Shown here piece after piece: positions 1-8,364 of a stretch of DNA of 64,000 nt. The position numbers and the translations under genes were made by a program. How positions within the stretch are numbered: position 1 is the stretch's first letter; every line of letters begins with the position of its first letter. A model generated the notes under the pieces. The model was not told the DNA's origin. It saw only the letters and a list, made by a program, of their open reading frames with translations, and searched no databases. The stretch is from an uncultured Gammaproteobacteria bacterium (GTDB lineage Bacteria > Patescibacteriota > Microgenomatia > Levybacterales > GWA1-39-11): positions 14,509 through 78,508 of the forward strand of contig CAZIAP010000004.1 in NCBI GenBank assembly GCA_964537315.1, given 5' to 3'.

Positions 1-422
1 TCTTTGGTAGGAATTGAAAACATATCAGGAATTTTTATCGAATGTGGATCAAGTAACAATACACGGTCTACCCCAACGGACTCTATCATGGAAATAACTA
101 CCTTTAAGGGAACAGCTTCACCTGATCGAAATATATGATCTGCCCTCTGATACGCAAGATAGGGAATGATTGCTGTGACCTTGCCTGCTCCACTGCGTTT
201 TAGAGCGTCAACAAGGAATAAAAACTCTGTGAGATTTGCGTCTACAGGATTTGCAAACGACTTGAGGATAATAATTTCCTGATCCACTAATTCTTCATGG
301 ATTCTCACCCTTTTCTCGCCGTCAGGAAATATATGAACATCAGGATATTGAACACCTACGCCAAGTTCGGATGATAACAGTTCTGAAAGTGGTTTGTTCG
401 AGAGATCACCGTAGAAAAACAT
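1..422 (-). CDS. prs: Ribose-phosphate pyrophosphokinase (N-terminal part, runs off window)
   Basis: Manual translation from ATG 422: FPDGEKRVRI...DALKRSGAGKVTAIIPYLAYQRADH...GEAV...DPHS, typical PRPP synthetase motifs. Confidence 0.92.
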   Translation of the reverse strand, partial: MFFYGDLSNKPLSELLSSELGVGVQYPDVHIFPDGEKRVRIHEELVDQEIIILKSFANPVDANLTEFLFLVDALKRSGAGKVTAIIPYLAYQRADHIFRSGEAVPLKVVISMIESVGVDRVLLLDPHSIKIPDMFSIPTK

Positions 423-532
423 ATATAATCTAGGTACTCTTATTACCTAATTAACATAATAATATACAATTCATACGCTTGGCGTTTTGTCTTTTGGTCA
501 TTTTCCAGAAATTAGGAATTAGAAATTCAGAG

Positions 533-814
533 TTACTTTCCTCCCAGTAAACCTCCTAGTCCTCCTCCCATTTCTTGCATTTTTTGCGCGGCTTTTTTCT
601 GTACTTTTCCTAGTGCTTCGTTCAGAGCGTCTTTTACATCGTTCATTTCTTCACCGTTAATTTTAAGTTCCTTTACCTTCATATCTCCGGTCATGACAAT
701 ATATGCTCTTCCACGTTCTTCAGTAACCTCGAGTTTTTTAAGTTCGTTTTGTAGTTTCTGCGCCTCTTGTCTTAATTTATTTAAATCGCCTAATCCTTTT
801 AATGGATTAATCAT
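533..814 (-). CDS. ybaB: YbaB/EbfC nucleoid-associated protein
   Basis: AQKLQNELK...MTGDMKVKELKI...ALNEAL; directly downstream of dnaX; SD GGGGTG before ATG 814. Confidence 0.85.
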   Translation of the reverse strand: MINPLKGLGDLNKLRQEAQKLQNELKKLEVTEERGRAYIVMTGDMKVKELKINGEEMNDVKDALNEALGKVQKKAAQKMQEMGGGLGGLLGGK

Positions 815-825
815 AAAAATCACCC

Positions 826-856
826 CCCTTCGCTAAAGCTTCGGAGGGCAAGCCCC
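826..856. repeat. REP-like palindromic element CCCTTCGCTAAAGCTTCGGAGGGCAAGCCCC
   Basis: Imperfect hairpin; near-identical partial copy at 3193-3217. Confidence 0.6.
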
Positions 857-907
857 CCAAATCTTAAATCTTTTATCATTATACCTATTCTGAGATCCAT
901 TACAACC

Positions 908-2323
908 TCAGCTATTAATTACAACTTCAATCGTAATAGGTTTTTTCAAAATATCAGAAGCACACTTCTCAATAAGCTTTTTTGCTTTCGGATCAGATAA
1001 ACGCTCACCATGAAACTTGAATTTAGAACTAACTGTCATAACTCCCTTTTTAACCCCCACAACAGTACAACCACGTAAAATACCAGCAAGTGAATGATTT
1101 TCAACCTTCACCGCATCAATTAATTTACCTATTATTTTTCTTCCGTCTGCATGATACTCGCTCTGCACTGGCTCTGTCACCGGTTGTGCTGTAATCTCTG
1201 TCTCTTTTTCAATTGAAACTACTGCTTTCAAATTGTTTACTGAAGTTTCTGACTCACCAGATGAAAGGTAATCTAAGACTGCTATTTCCAGAGGTAACTG
1301 AGGGAGTACTGAAAATCTAAGCTGACCATATGAAATGTTTATTAACTCCAACAACCTCTTAATTTGTGATATGGATATATCTAGGACCTCGGTTCCCTCT
1401 TTCAAGTTTGACTTTATTAAGAGTTGATCATGCAATAAATCCACTAGTTTCTCGTGTACGATTTTAAAATCTACTCCACTCTCGGCAATATTTTGGATAA
1501 CTTTCAGAGCAGAAGAAGCATCAGGTGCGTATATGCTTTCAAGCAATAAGTTCACATGTTTTTCAGTGCTGCTTGTTTTAAACACTTTCTCTAATGTGTC
1601 TGCTGTTATTTTTTTCTTTTCTGCCTGAAATGCAAGTTCTTCAAGTGTTTTTGCCGCATTTCTGAATGCACCGTCAGATAAACTATAAATCTGTTCCAAA
1701 ACAGTATCCTCAATGACTAACTTTTCCCCATCTATAATTCTTTTAAGAGATCTTGTAATTTCTTCTTTTGTTGGTTTTTCGAAACGTACATGAAATGTTC
1801 GGGAGGTTATAGTTGGCGGAATTTTCCATTCTTCCGTAGTGCAGAGAATAAAAACAACGTGACTTGGAGGCTCCTCTAAAGTTTTTAGTAAGGCATTAAA
1901 TGCTTCCGTTGTAAGCATATGCACCTCATCAATTATATAGATCTTCTGAGTTAGCTGTGCTGGGGCAAACTTAATTCTTTCACGTAGGTCTCGTATTTCG
2001 TCAATACCTCTATTGGATGCAGCATCAATTTCAAGCACGTCTACATGAGAACCTTTTGTAATGGATACACAAATGTCACACTCGTTACAAGGCTCTATAC
2101 TAGTATTCTTCTCACCTTCTTTTTTTCCTTTTGTCTTGCTATTGCAGTTTATCGCTTTTGCGAGTATTCTTGCGGATGATGTTTTACCTAATCCTTTAGG
2201 TCCAGTAAATAAAAATGCGTGTGGAATCTCTTGTGACTCGAGCAAACGAGTAAATTTATCTCTAACGATAGTAAGATCGAGTTCAGCAATTTTTTGTGGA
2301 CGGTATTTTCGATAAAAAACCAT
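908..2323 (-). CDS. dnaX: DNA polymerase III subunit gamma/tau
   Basis: YRKYRP start, GPKGLGKTS Walker A, Zn-Cys cluster, EIDAASNRGID, DEVHML, NALLKTLEEPP. Confidence 0.97.
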   Translation of the reverse strand: MVFYRKYRPQKIAELDLTIVRDKFTRLLESQEIPHAFLFTGPKGLGKTSSARILAKAINCNSKTKGKKEGEKNTSIEPCNECDICVSITKGSHVDVLEIDAASNRGIDEIRDLRERIKFAPAQLTQKIYIIDEVHMLTTEAFNALLKTLEEPPSHVVFILCTTEEWKIPPTITSRTFHVRFEKPTKEEITRSLKRIIDGEKLVIEDTVLEQIYSLSDGAFRNAAKTLEELAFQAEKKKITADTLEKVFKTSSTEKHVNLLLESIYAPDASSALKVIQNIAESGVDFKIVHEKLVDLLHDQLLIKSNLKEGTEVLDISISQIKRLLELINISYGQLRFSVLPQLPLEIAVLDYLSSGESETSVNNLKAVVSIEKETEITAQPVTEPVQSEYHADGRKIIGKLIDAVKVENHSLAGILRGCTVVGVKKGVMTVSSKFKFHGERLSDPKAKKLIEKCASDILKKPITIEVVINS

Positions 2324-2385
2324 ATTGCGCTATGCTTCAAATACTAAGTACTAATATCTAATTAATACAAAATATTTGTGTAGTA

Positions 2386-2448
2386 TTCTAAATCCTATGT
2401 TCTAAACTCTAAAAATTTAGAAATTAGAAATTAGAAATTAGAAATTTA
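2386..2448. repeat. Heptamer (TTAGAAA) tandem repeat forming an inverted-repeat hairpin
   Basis: TTCTAAATCCTATGTTCTAAACTCTAAA followed by TTTAGAAATTAGAAATTAGAAATTAGAA. Confidence 0.7.
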
Positions 2449-2457
2449 GCGCTTGTG

Positions 2458-2847
2458 CTAATGGTGTTCTCCAAGTAAATGAAGCAATCCATGCTCTACA
2501 AGTTCTGAGATTTTTCTATCAACCAACATATTATCACGCGCTGCATCTTCGACCGCAATTGGGTAACAAACAATTACGTCACCTAATACCAAGAGATCAC
2601 TGGGCATTACAGTTGCTTCTCCTTCTATCTGGGAAAATGATAAAACATTGGTAGCTTTATCCATATTGCGATACTTATTATTCAGCTCTCGCATTTTTCG
2701 ACTACCTACGATGGCAATTGAAACCTCAGTATCGCCTTTGATTCCTTTTTCTCTCAAGACATGATCAACCGTCTGCTTTATTCGCTTGCGGTCAACTTTA
2801 TACCTGCTTTCAATGTAAATGGGGATAGAAAAATTTGCTTCTGCCAT
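2458..2847 (-). CDS. ybeY: rRNA maturation endoribonuclease YbeY
   Basis: LNNKYRNMDKATNVLSF, LGDVIVC, HGLLHLLGEHH metal motif. Confidence 0.95.
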   Translation of the reverse strand: MAEANFSIPIYIESRYKVDRKRIKQTVDHVLREKGIKGDTEVSIAIVGSRKMRELNNKYRNMDKATNVLSFSQIEGEATVMPSDLLVLGDVIVCYPIAVEDAARDNMLVDRKISELVEHGLLHLLGEHH

Positions 2848-2955
2848 ATCAAAACCTACTTGCAAGATTGTACCACTGAGCGATAGCTATTGCAAAGGAG
2901 AGTTATGAAAAGCAAGGCAGAGATTTTAACTTGTCCCGCTTAGGCGGACAAGCAT

Positions 2956-3141
2956 TTATCCATTATACTGTTTTGCAAATTTTCGAGTTAATTCTTTTTT
3001 ATATTTTTTTGCAAGAGATGGCTTGAGATAAAACTCTCTTTTTTTCATTTCCTGAATAATTCCTTCACTCATCACCTTTCGTGAGAACTTACGAATCATT
3101 GCATCTGGTGATTCACCTGGACCTTTTTTTACATACACCAT
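2956..3141 (-). CDS. rpsU: 30S ribosomal protein S21
   Basis: GESPDAMIRKFSRKV...GIIQEMKKREFYLKPS; SD AAGGAGGTG. Confidence 0.9.
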   Translation of the reverse strand: MVYVKKGPGESPDAMIRKFSRKVMSEGIIQEMKKREFYLKPSLAKKYKKELTRKFAKQYNG

Positions 3142-3264
3142 AAAAAACACCTCCTTTTTCACCTCGCCGAAGTTTTAAAACATAGGCGGGTTGCTAAAGG
3201 TTCAGAGGACAAGCCCCTTCACTTTAACATATTGGATATACCCTATATTATACTCCTTTTTTGA

Positions 3265-4449
3265 CTATTTTCCAATTTTAGTCTGCGTTTTTATACTAAA
3301 TTTGTTTATTTTATCAATTAACTCCAGATTTGATTTGTGATCAAAGGTTAAGTTTTTTTCAATTTTTTTCTTTGCATATCGTTCAAATCCCCATAGCCGT
3401 ATTAATCCTCCCTCATCAGGATCGAGGATATTCTCAGCTATGCGTGCGAGTAAGTATTTCGCCTCGTGAAATGAGTTTCCTGGTGATAGATATGCGTTGC
3501 CCCATTGCTCAAACTGTGCCTCGGTTACTTCGATTTGATAACCCATCTTTCTGGAATTTTTGATATTTGAACTAACTGTATTTCGCTGAAAAAAATTTGA
3601 GAAAGTAATGTAATCAACCGGACCAAGCTTTGGAAGTTTTATAAAATTTGGAAGGTTATAGTAGTAATTAATTCCGCAAATAAATGATTTGGCTGGAGCA
3701 ACTTTCTTTCTATCAAGCTCTTTAATTATTTTAACGATTTTAGAAGTATCTCTGGTTTCCGATGAGCTTAGTAAAATTTTTTTATCCGGAAACTTGGTAC
3801 TAATGACTTCAATAACTTTTTCTACATACTCCTCACTTAATCTCAGTTTTAGTTTTCCAAAAGGATTAAATGCCTCATTTTCTGGCTGAATAATTTGTAA
3901 GTAAGATAATTGTTTTTTTGGATAAGTGGATTTGATATCTTCCAATAAATAACTTAAATACTCAATTGATCTTTTTGAGATTTCCGAGTTTACACTTACT
4001 CTGCTTCCTGGTGTTATCAAAAATTTATTTATAAGTGGTAAAGGAATATACTCTTCAGGCCAGCCAAATGTTTTAATCGGTCCTACGTTTAGACATACAC
4101 TTACTTTGTTCGACAAACAATAATCAAGATATGGCTTGTAGTAAGAAAAATCTATCTCTCCATTTTTATTTACAGATTTATTCCACTTTATCCCTAACCT
4201 GATCTCTCTCATTCCGAACTCTTTTACTAATACTTCAAGTATTCTTAGTTTTTCTTCTACACTTGGAGAATACTTATTCTCTTTCTGATACAGTTGATCC
4301 ACAAGATCAGGGGAGTATGAACATCCTATTTCGATTTTTTTAAATTTATCTTTGTATTTTTCCCAGTATTTGTCTAATGACAAATCAGCATTTTGGTGTG
4401 TTCGGTACTGCCGGTAAAAATGAGTAAACCAATCATTAAAGTTTGCCAT
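3265..4449 (-). CDS. Putative clan GH-A glycoside hydrolase-like TIM-barrel protein
   Basis: IRLGIKW, DFSYY..YLD, WPE, QPENE (acid/base-like), VTEAQFEQW (nucleophile-like), LWG. Confidence 0.55.
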   Translation of the reverse strand: MANFNDWFTHFYRQYRTHQNADLSLDKYWEKYKDKFKKIEIGCSYSPDLVDQLYQKENKYSPSVEEKLRILEVLVKEFGMREIRLGIKWNKSVNKNGEIDFSYYKPYLDYCLSNKVSVCLNVGPIKTFGWPEEYIPLPLINKFLITPGSRVSVNSEISKRSIEYLSYLLEDIKSTYPKKQLSYLQIIQPENEAFNPFGKLKLRLSEEYVEKVIEVISTKFPDKKILLSSSETRDTSKIVKIIKELDRKKVAPAKSFICGINYYYNLPNFIKLPKLGPVDYITFSNFFQRNTVSSNIKNSRKMGYQIEVTEAQFEQWGNAYLSPGNSFHEAKYLLARIAENILDPDEGGLIRLWGFERYAKKKIEKNLTFDHKSNLELIDKINKFSIKTQTKIGK

Positions 4450-4511
4450 TGTACAATTGTATCATTGGGAATAATTAGAAATTAGTCCGCCAGCTGGCGG
4501 ATTAGGAATTA

Positions 4512-4835
4512 TTACGCTGCTGGCTTGCTTGCAGGTCCTAGTAGATGAAAATGAAGATGGTCAACTAATTGTGCTCCTCCGCCGTTTACTTCTATTCTAT
4601 ATCCCTGAGTATCCAGGTTATTTTCGGCAATTAATTTTTGTAATGCTTTTCTCACACTCGGCAAAACATTATCATTTTCCAATACATAAAATTCTTTTAC
4701 ATGTTCTTTGGGAATCACTAATAAATGTACGGGTTTCTGAGGGTTGATGTCTTTAAATGCTACTACATGCTCATCTTCATACGCAAACTCGGTACCCATC
4801 TCTCCGCTAGCAATTTTACAAAAAATGCAATCCAT
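4512..4835 (-). CDS. HIT family nucleotide hydrolase
   Basis: DCIFCKI, AFKDINP, HLLVIPK, HLHFHLL. Confidence 0.95.
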   Translation of the reverse strand: MDCIFCKIASGEMGTEFAYEDEHVVAFKDINPQKPVHLLVIPKEHVKEFYVLENDNVLPSVRKALQKLIAENNLDTQGYRIEVNGGGAQLVDHLHFHLLGPASKPAA

Positions 4836-4893
4836 ACTACGCATACACTATCAAATCTTGTTTTTTATTGCAAGAAAGAATAAACTATATGAT

Positions 4894-5907
4894 ATGACGG
4901 AGCATGAAAGCCAATCATCACTCTCTCCAAATGATCACCCAGATATTGAAATTCGAATGGGTACGGATCGTAATGAGACTACAGGAATAGAAAATTATGA
5001 GCTAACTACATCGGGTTTTCTTTTTAACCCTAAAGAAGCATTTTCAATAGCTCATGAACTCAATAAAGATCTTAAAGAAAATGAACGGATAACGCTCGAG
5101 ATATACCCGACTCTTGACCGTGGTATTCTTGGCACAGTTCGCGGAATAGGAGAGAGATTTGGTTATCAACTTCCAATTCCACCAACAGTTGATGAAGATG
5201 CAGTAAGGTCGTGGCAGAAAGAATTCCCACTAGCACAGGTCTCTCGAGTACACCTCCCTTTTAGTTATAACAAGCATGAGCTTCTCACACGGCCTATTGA
5301 TGAAAAAGGTCTTGGAAGAAAAGTACGCTCAATGCCGTGGATTGTGTATTTTGGTGCAGCAACTAATAAAAAAGGTATTGAGCTTGCCCAAGCACTGGAC
5401 GCCGATATTACTGCTCACACTAATGTTGTTGAGGGATTTGCCCAAGACGGAAAACTGGATGAACTAACAGTTCCTGGATTACATGTCCTAGCTGAAAATG
5501 AAATGGAATATGATTCTCCCATTTTGAAAGATAAAAGGGCTATATCTGACCCCATATATATCGCTGAAAATATAGTAGAAAAATATAATCTTGATGGATT
5601 ACTTCTCGGACTTGATCATGCACTTGAACAAGGAGTAGACATACATAAAGTATTAGATACTCCTTCAATACACAAGCATACCCGTGCAATACATCTTGCT
5701 GATGTAAATCATGGAGCAGTCATCACAGGTAATGAACAAATTGAAAAGCTAATCCAACACATAGGTAGAACAACATTTGATCATCCCGTACGCGCAGCAT
5801 TGGACTTAAACCCTCTCGAGTTAGGTAAACTCACAGAACGGGAAAGATTTCAATTAATAAAAAGCACTATCGATTGGATAAAAGATAATCAATATACTTC
5901 TGCGTAA
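4894..5907 (+). CDS. Hypothetical protein, possibly xylose-isomerase-like TIM barrel
   Basis: Long ORF; RVHLPF, LAEN, GLDHA, IHLAD motifs; likely start ATG 4894. Confidence 0.55.
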   Translation: MTEHESQSSLSPNDHPDIEIRMGTDRNETTGIENYELTTSGFLFNPKEAFSIAHELNKDLKENERITLEIYPTLDRGILGTVRGIGERFGYQLPIPPTVDEDAVRSWQKEFPLAQVSRVHLPFSYNKHELLTRPIDEKGLGRKVRSMPWIVYFGAATNKKGIELAQALDADITAHTNVVEGFAQDGKLDELTVPGLHVLAENEMEYDSPILKDKRAISDPIYIAENIVEKYNLDGLLLGLDHALEQGVDIHKVLDTPSIHKHTRAIHLADVNHGAVITGNEQIEKLIQHIGRTTFDHPVRAALDLNPLELGKLTERERFQLIKSTIDWIKDNQYTSA

Positions 5908-6011
5908 TACCTCCTCTCTTACTAAGTAAGCATTTACTAATGTGTGTTATAAGATTGCAAAGTAACTTGATAAACTCTAAACTCTAAATACTAATACCTA
6001 AATAATTTTAA

Positions 6012-6362
6012 ATGTTCCAATCTCAAAATACAAAACAATATAATTTGGAGGAGAGAACGTATAGCTTTGCTAAGAACGTGCAGAGATTTGTGAAGGTATT
6101 GCCTAAGACTGTTGCGACTATTGAAGATAGTAAACAGCTCATTCGCTCTTCTGGCTCTATCGCTGCGAACTACATTGAAGCAAATGAAGCGCTTAGCAAA
6201 AAAGACTTCTTAATGAGAGTTAAGATATGTCGCAAAGAAGCTAAGGAAACAAGATTGTGGTTAAATCTTATTGAGGGAGATCATAAGGAAAAAGAAATAC
6301 TTCTCAAAGAGGTGAATGAGTTAATGAAAATATTCGGTTCTATTGTCACAAAATCTGAATAA
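6012..6362 (+). CDS. Four-helix bundle protein (23S rRNA IVP / bAvd-like family)
   Basis: LEERTYSFA, QLIRSSGSIAANYIEA, SKKDF...KEAKETRLWL. Confidence 0.92.
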   Translation: MFQSQNTKQYNLEERTYSFAKNVQRFVKVLPKTVATIEDSKQLIRSSGSIAANYIEANEALSKKDFLMRVKICRKEAKETRLWLNLIEGDHKEKEILLKEVNELMKIFGSIVTKSE

Positions 6363-6424
6363 TTTGATAATTGGAGTTTTGATATTGTTTAGAATTTAGA
6401 GATTTGATATTAGAATTTATTAGT

Positions 6425-7525
6425 TTATCTTCCTATCTTAAACTCTACTACATCTCCATCTTGCATTATATAATCCCGACCTTCGTTACGTGCTTTACCA
6501 TTCTCTCTTGCGCCTTTCCAACCGTTGTACTCTACAAAATCGTCAAAAGATACTACTTCTGCTTTAATAAATTTCTGCATAAAGTCAGTGTGGATTTCAC
6601 CTGCTGCCTCTACTGCATTTGCACCAACTTTTGTAGTCCAAGCACGGACTTCTTTTTCACCTGCTGTAAGGAACGAAACTAACCCAAGGTTTTCATATGC
6701 TTTTTGGATAAGGCGCTCAAGTCCTGACTTCTCTACTCCTAATTCATTAAGATATTCTTTTGCTTCTTCCTCTCCGAGCTCTGCCAGTTCTGACTCGATT
6801 TTTGCAGAGATTACAACAAATTTTTCTTTTGGCATTTGCATGAGATTTGCATATTGATCAATTATGCCTGGAATTTCAGCTTCAGTATATTGGTTTTCAG
6901 AGACATTGAGCACGATGATTTCATTTTTTCCGGATAATAAATTCAATTCTTTGATAGACTCTTGTTCTTCATCTGTAAGCTGCACTTCAAACGCATTTTT
7001 CCCTGCAGATAATTCTTTGGTCAGCTTCTCAACAGCTGATTTTTTGGTAGCGTCAGTACGAAGTGCTTTTTCATTTATATTTGTCAATGTCTGTAAATCT
7101 GCAAGAAGTAGCTCGTAGCGGATTGTTTCGTAGTCACTTTTCGGGTCTACTGCTCCTTCTTTTATAACATCACTATCTTCAAATACTCTGACTACGTGTG
7201 CAATAATTTTTACTTCTCGGATATTTGCCAGAAATTTATTCCCAAGTCCTGCCCCTTCACTTGCACCTTTTACCAGTCCAGCGATATCTACAAACTCGAC
7301 AAGCGCCTGTTTAATTGGTGGTAAATCACTCATACCCTCTTCTGCCTTGGTAATCTCAGCAAGAGTATTGAGTCTCTCATCCGGTACAGGTACAACACCA
7401 ACATTTGGTTCAATCGTTGCAAACGGATAATTAGCCGCTAAAGCAGCTTGTTTTTTTAATAACGCATTAAAAAGAGTCGATTTCCCAACATTTGGGAGAC
7501 CGACTATTCCTACTGATAAATTCAT
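6425..7525 (-). CDS. ychF: Redox-regulated ATPase YchF
   Basis: GIVGLPNVGKSTLFN, ANYPFATIEPN, DIAGLVKGAS, EVRAW, TGS domain. Confidence 0.97.
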   Translation of the reverse strand: MNLSVGIVGLPNVGKSTLFNALLKKQAALAANYPFATIEPNVGVVPVPDERLNTLAEITKAEEGMSDLPPIKQALVEFVDIAGLVKGASEGAGLGNKFLANIREVKIIAHVVRVFEDSDVIKEGAVDPKSDYETIRYELLLADLQTLTNINEKALRTDATKKSAVEKLTKELSAGKNAFEVQLTDEEQESIKELNLLSGKNEIIVLNVSENQYTEAEIPGIIDQYANLMQMPKEKFVVISAKIESELAELGEEEAKEYLNELGVEKSGLERLIQKAYENLGLVSFLTAGEKEVRAWTTKVGANAVEAAGEIHTDFMQKFIKAEVVSFDDFVEYNGWKGARENGKARNEGRDYIMQDGDVVEFKIGR

Positions 7526-7801
7526 ACCTTAGAGATTATAACAAAATAAAATGTATTTAACTTCCTCAAGGAAAAGTGGTAATTCTTAAAATTATATATA
7601 TTCAATTATTTAAAATGGTTACTTAGTCAGATTCATTTCTAAACTTTCAGCGATGCTTCTGACGGTTGAGATACTTACCTCATCCGTGTATTTATTCATA
7701 GTGAAGATGTTATTTTGAAACTAAACAGAAAAAATCTGGGAAAGTGTCGATATAAGATTATCTGAGTAATAGAATTATATTTAAATGATTTAGATATTGA
7801 T

Positions 7802-7831
7802 AAAACCACAGGTAAAGAGATTCTTTACCTG
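7802..7831 (-). terminator. Putative intrinsic terminator of KGG gene
   Basis: CAGGTAAAGA/TCTTTACCTG 10-bp stem followed by TGGTTTT on - strand. Confidence 0.5.
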
Positions 7832-7870
7832 CTTGGATAACTTGCCGATTGGCTACTATTAGTATGCAGC

Positions 7871-8101
7871 CTATTCTTCTTCATCATCCTTTCCCCACCG
7901 TGCCGCTGCTCCTTTTCTACCGAGTTCTCCGCTCCGTACATCAGGATCGTTTGACCGGGCTTCTCCACCTTTCTGGCCAGCCATTTTTGCTCGAGGGTCA
8001 CCAGGCTTAAATTTGGTAGGACTGCTTTCGCCACCTTTTTCGGCAACTCTTTCTCGCGTTTCTTCGTCAGCACTTGCTAATCCGCGCTTGTCATCAGTCA
8101 T
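7871..8101 (-). CDS. KGG-repeat general stress protein (GsiB/YciG-like)
   Basis: RGLAS, AEKGGE, GQKGGE, GRKGA repeats; SD AAGGAGGTG. Confidence 0.85.
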   Translation of the reverse strand: MTDDKRGLASADEETRERVAEKGGESSPTKFKPGDPRAKMAGQKGGEARSNDPDVRSGELGRKGAAARWGKDDEEE

Positions 8102-8364
8102 ATATTTCACCTCCTTCTTCATAACCATTACGTATTTTACCCGTACTCCTCATAGGCTCATGAACGAGTGAGTTGCTTTCTTGATCCATAGGAGTTCGTC
8201 TCTCATACATATGCATAGCAAAGCCAAAAATTTTTCGTGGACCTGTAAAGATTACTATTTTCATATATCAAATCGTACATCAGGGATATATGTATTGAAC
8301 TATGTATCCGCATGAGTGTCGTAAGGAAACGGAGAGATGTTAGATTACTCACACATTAGTTAGT

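Noticed and set aside
7619-7699. 26-codon ORF MNKYTDEVSISTVRSIAESLEMNLTK on - strand
   Set aside because: Too short, no SD or motif support.
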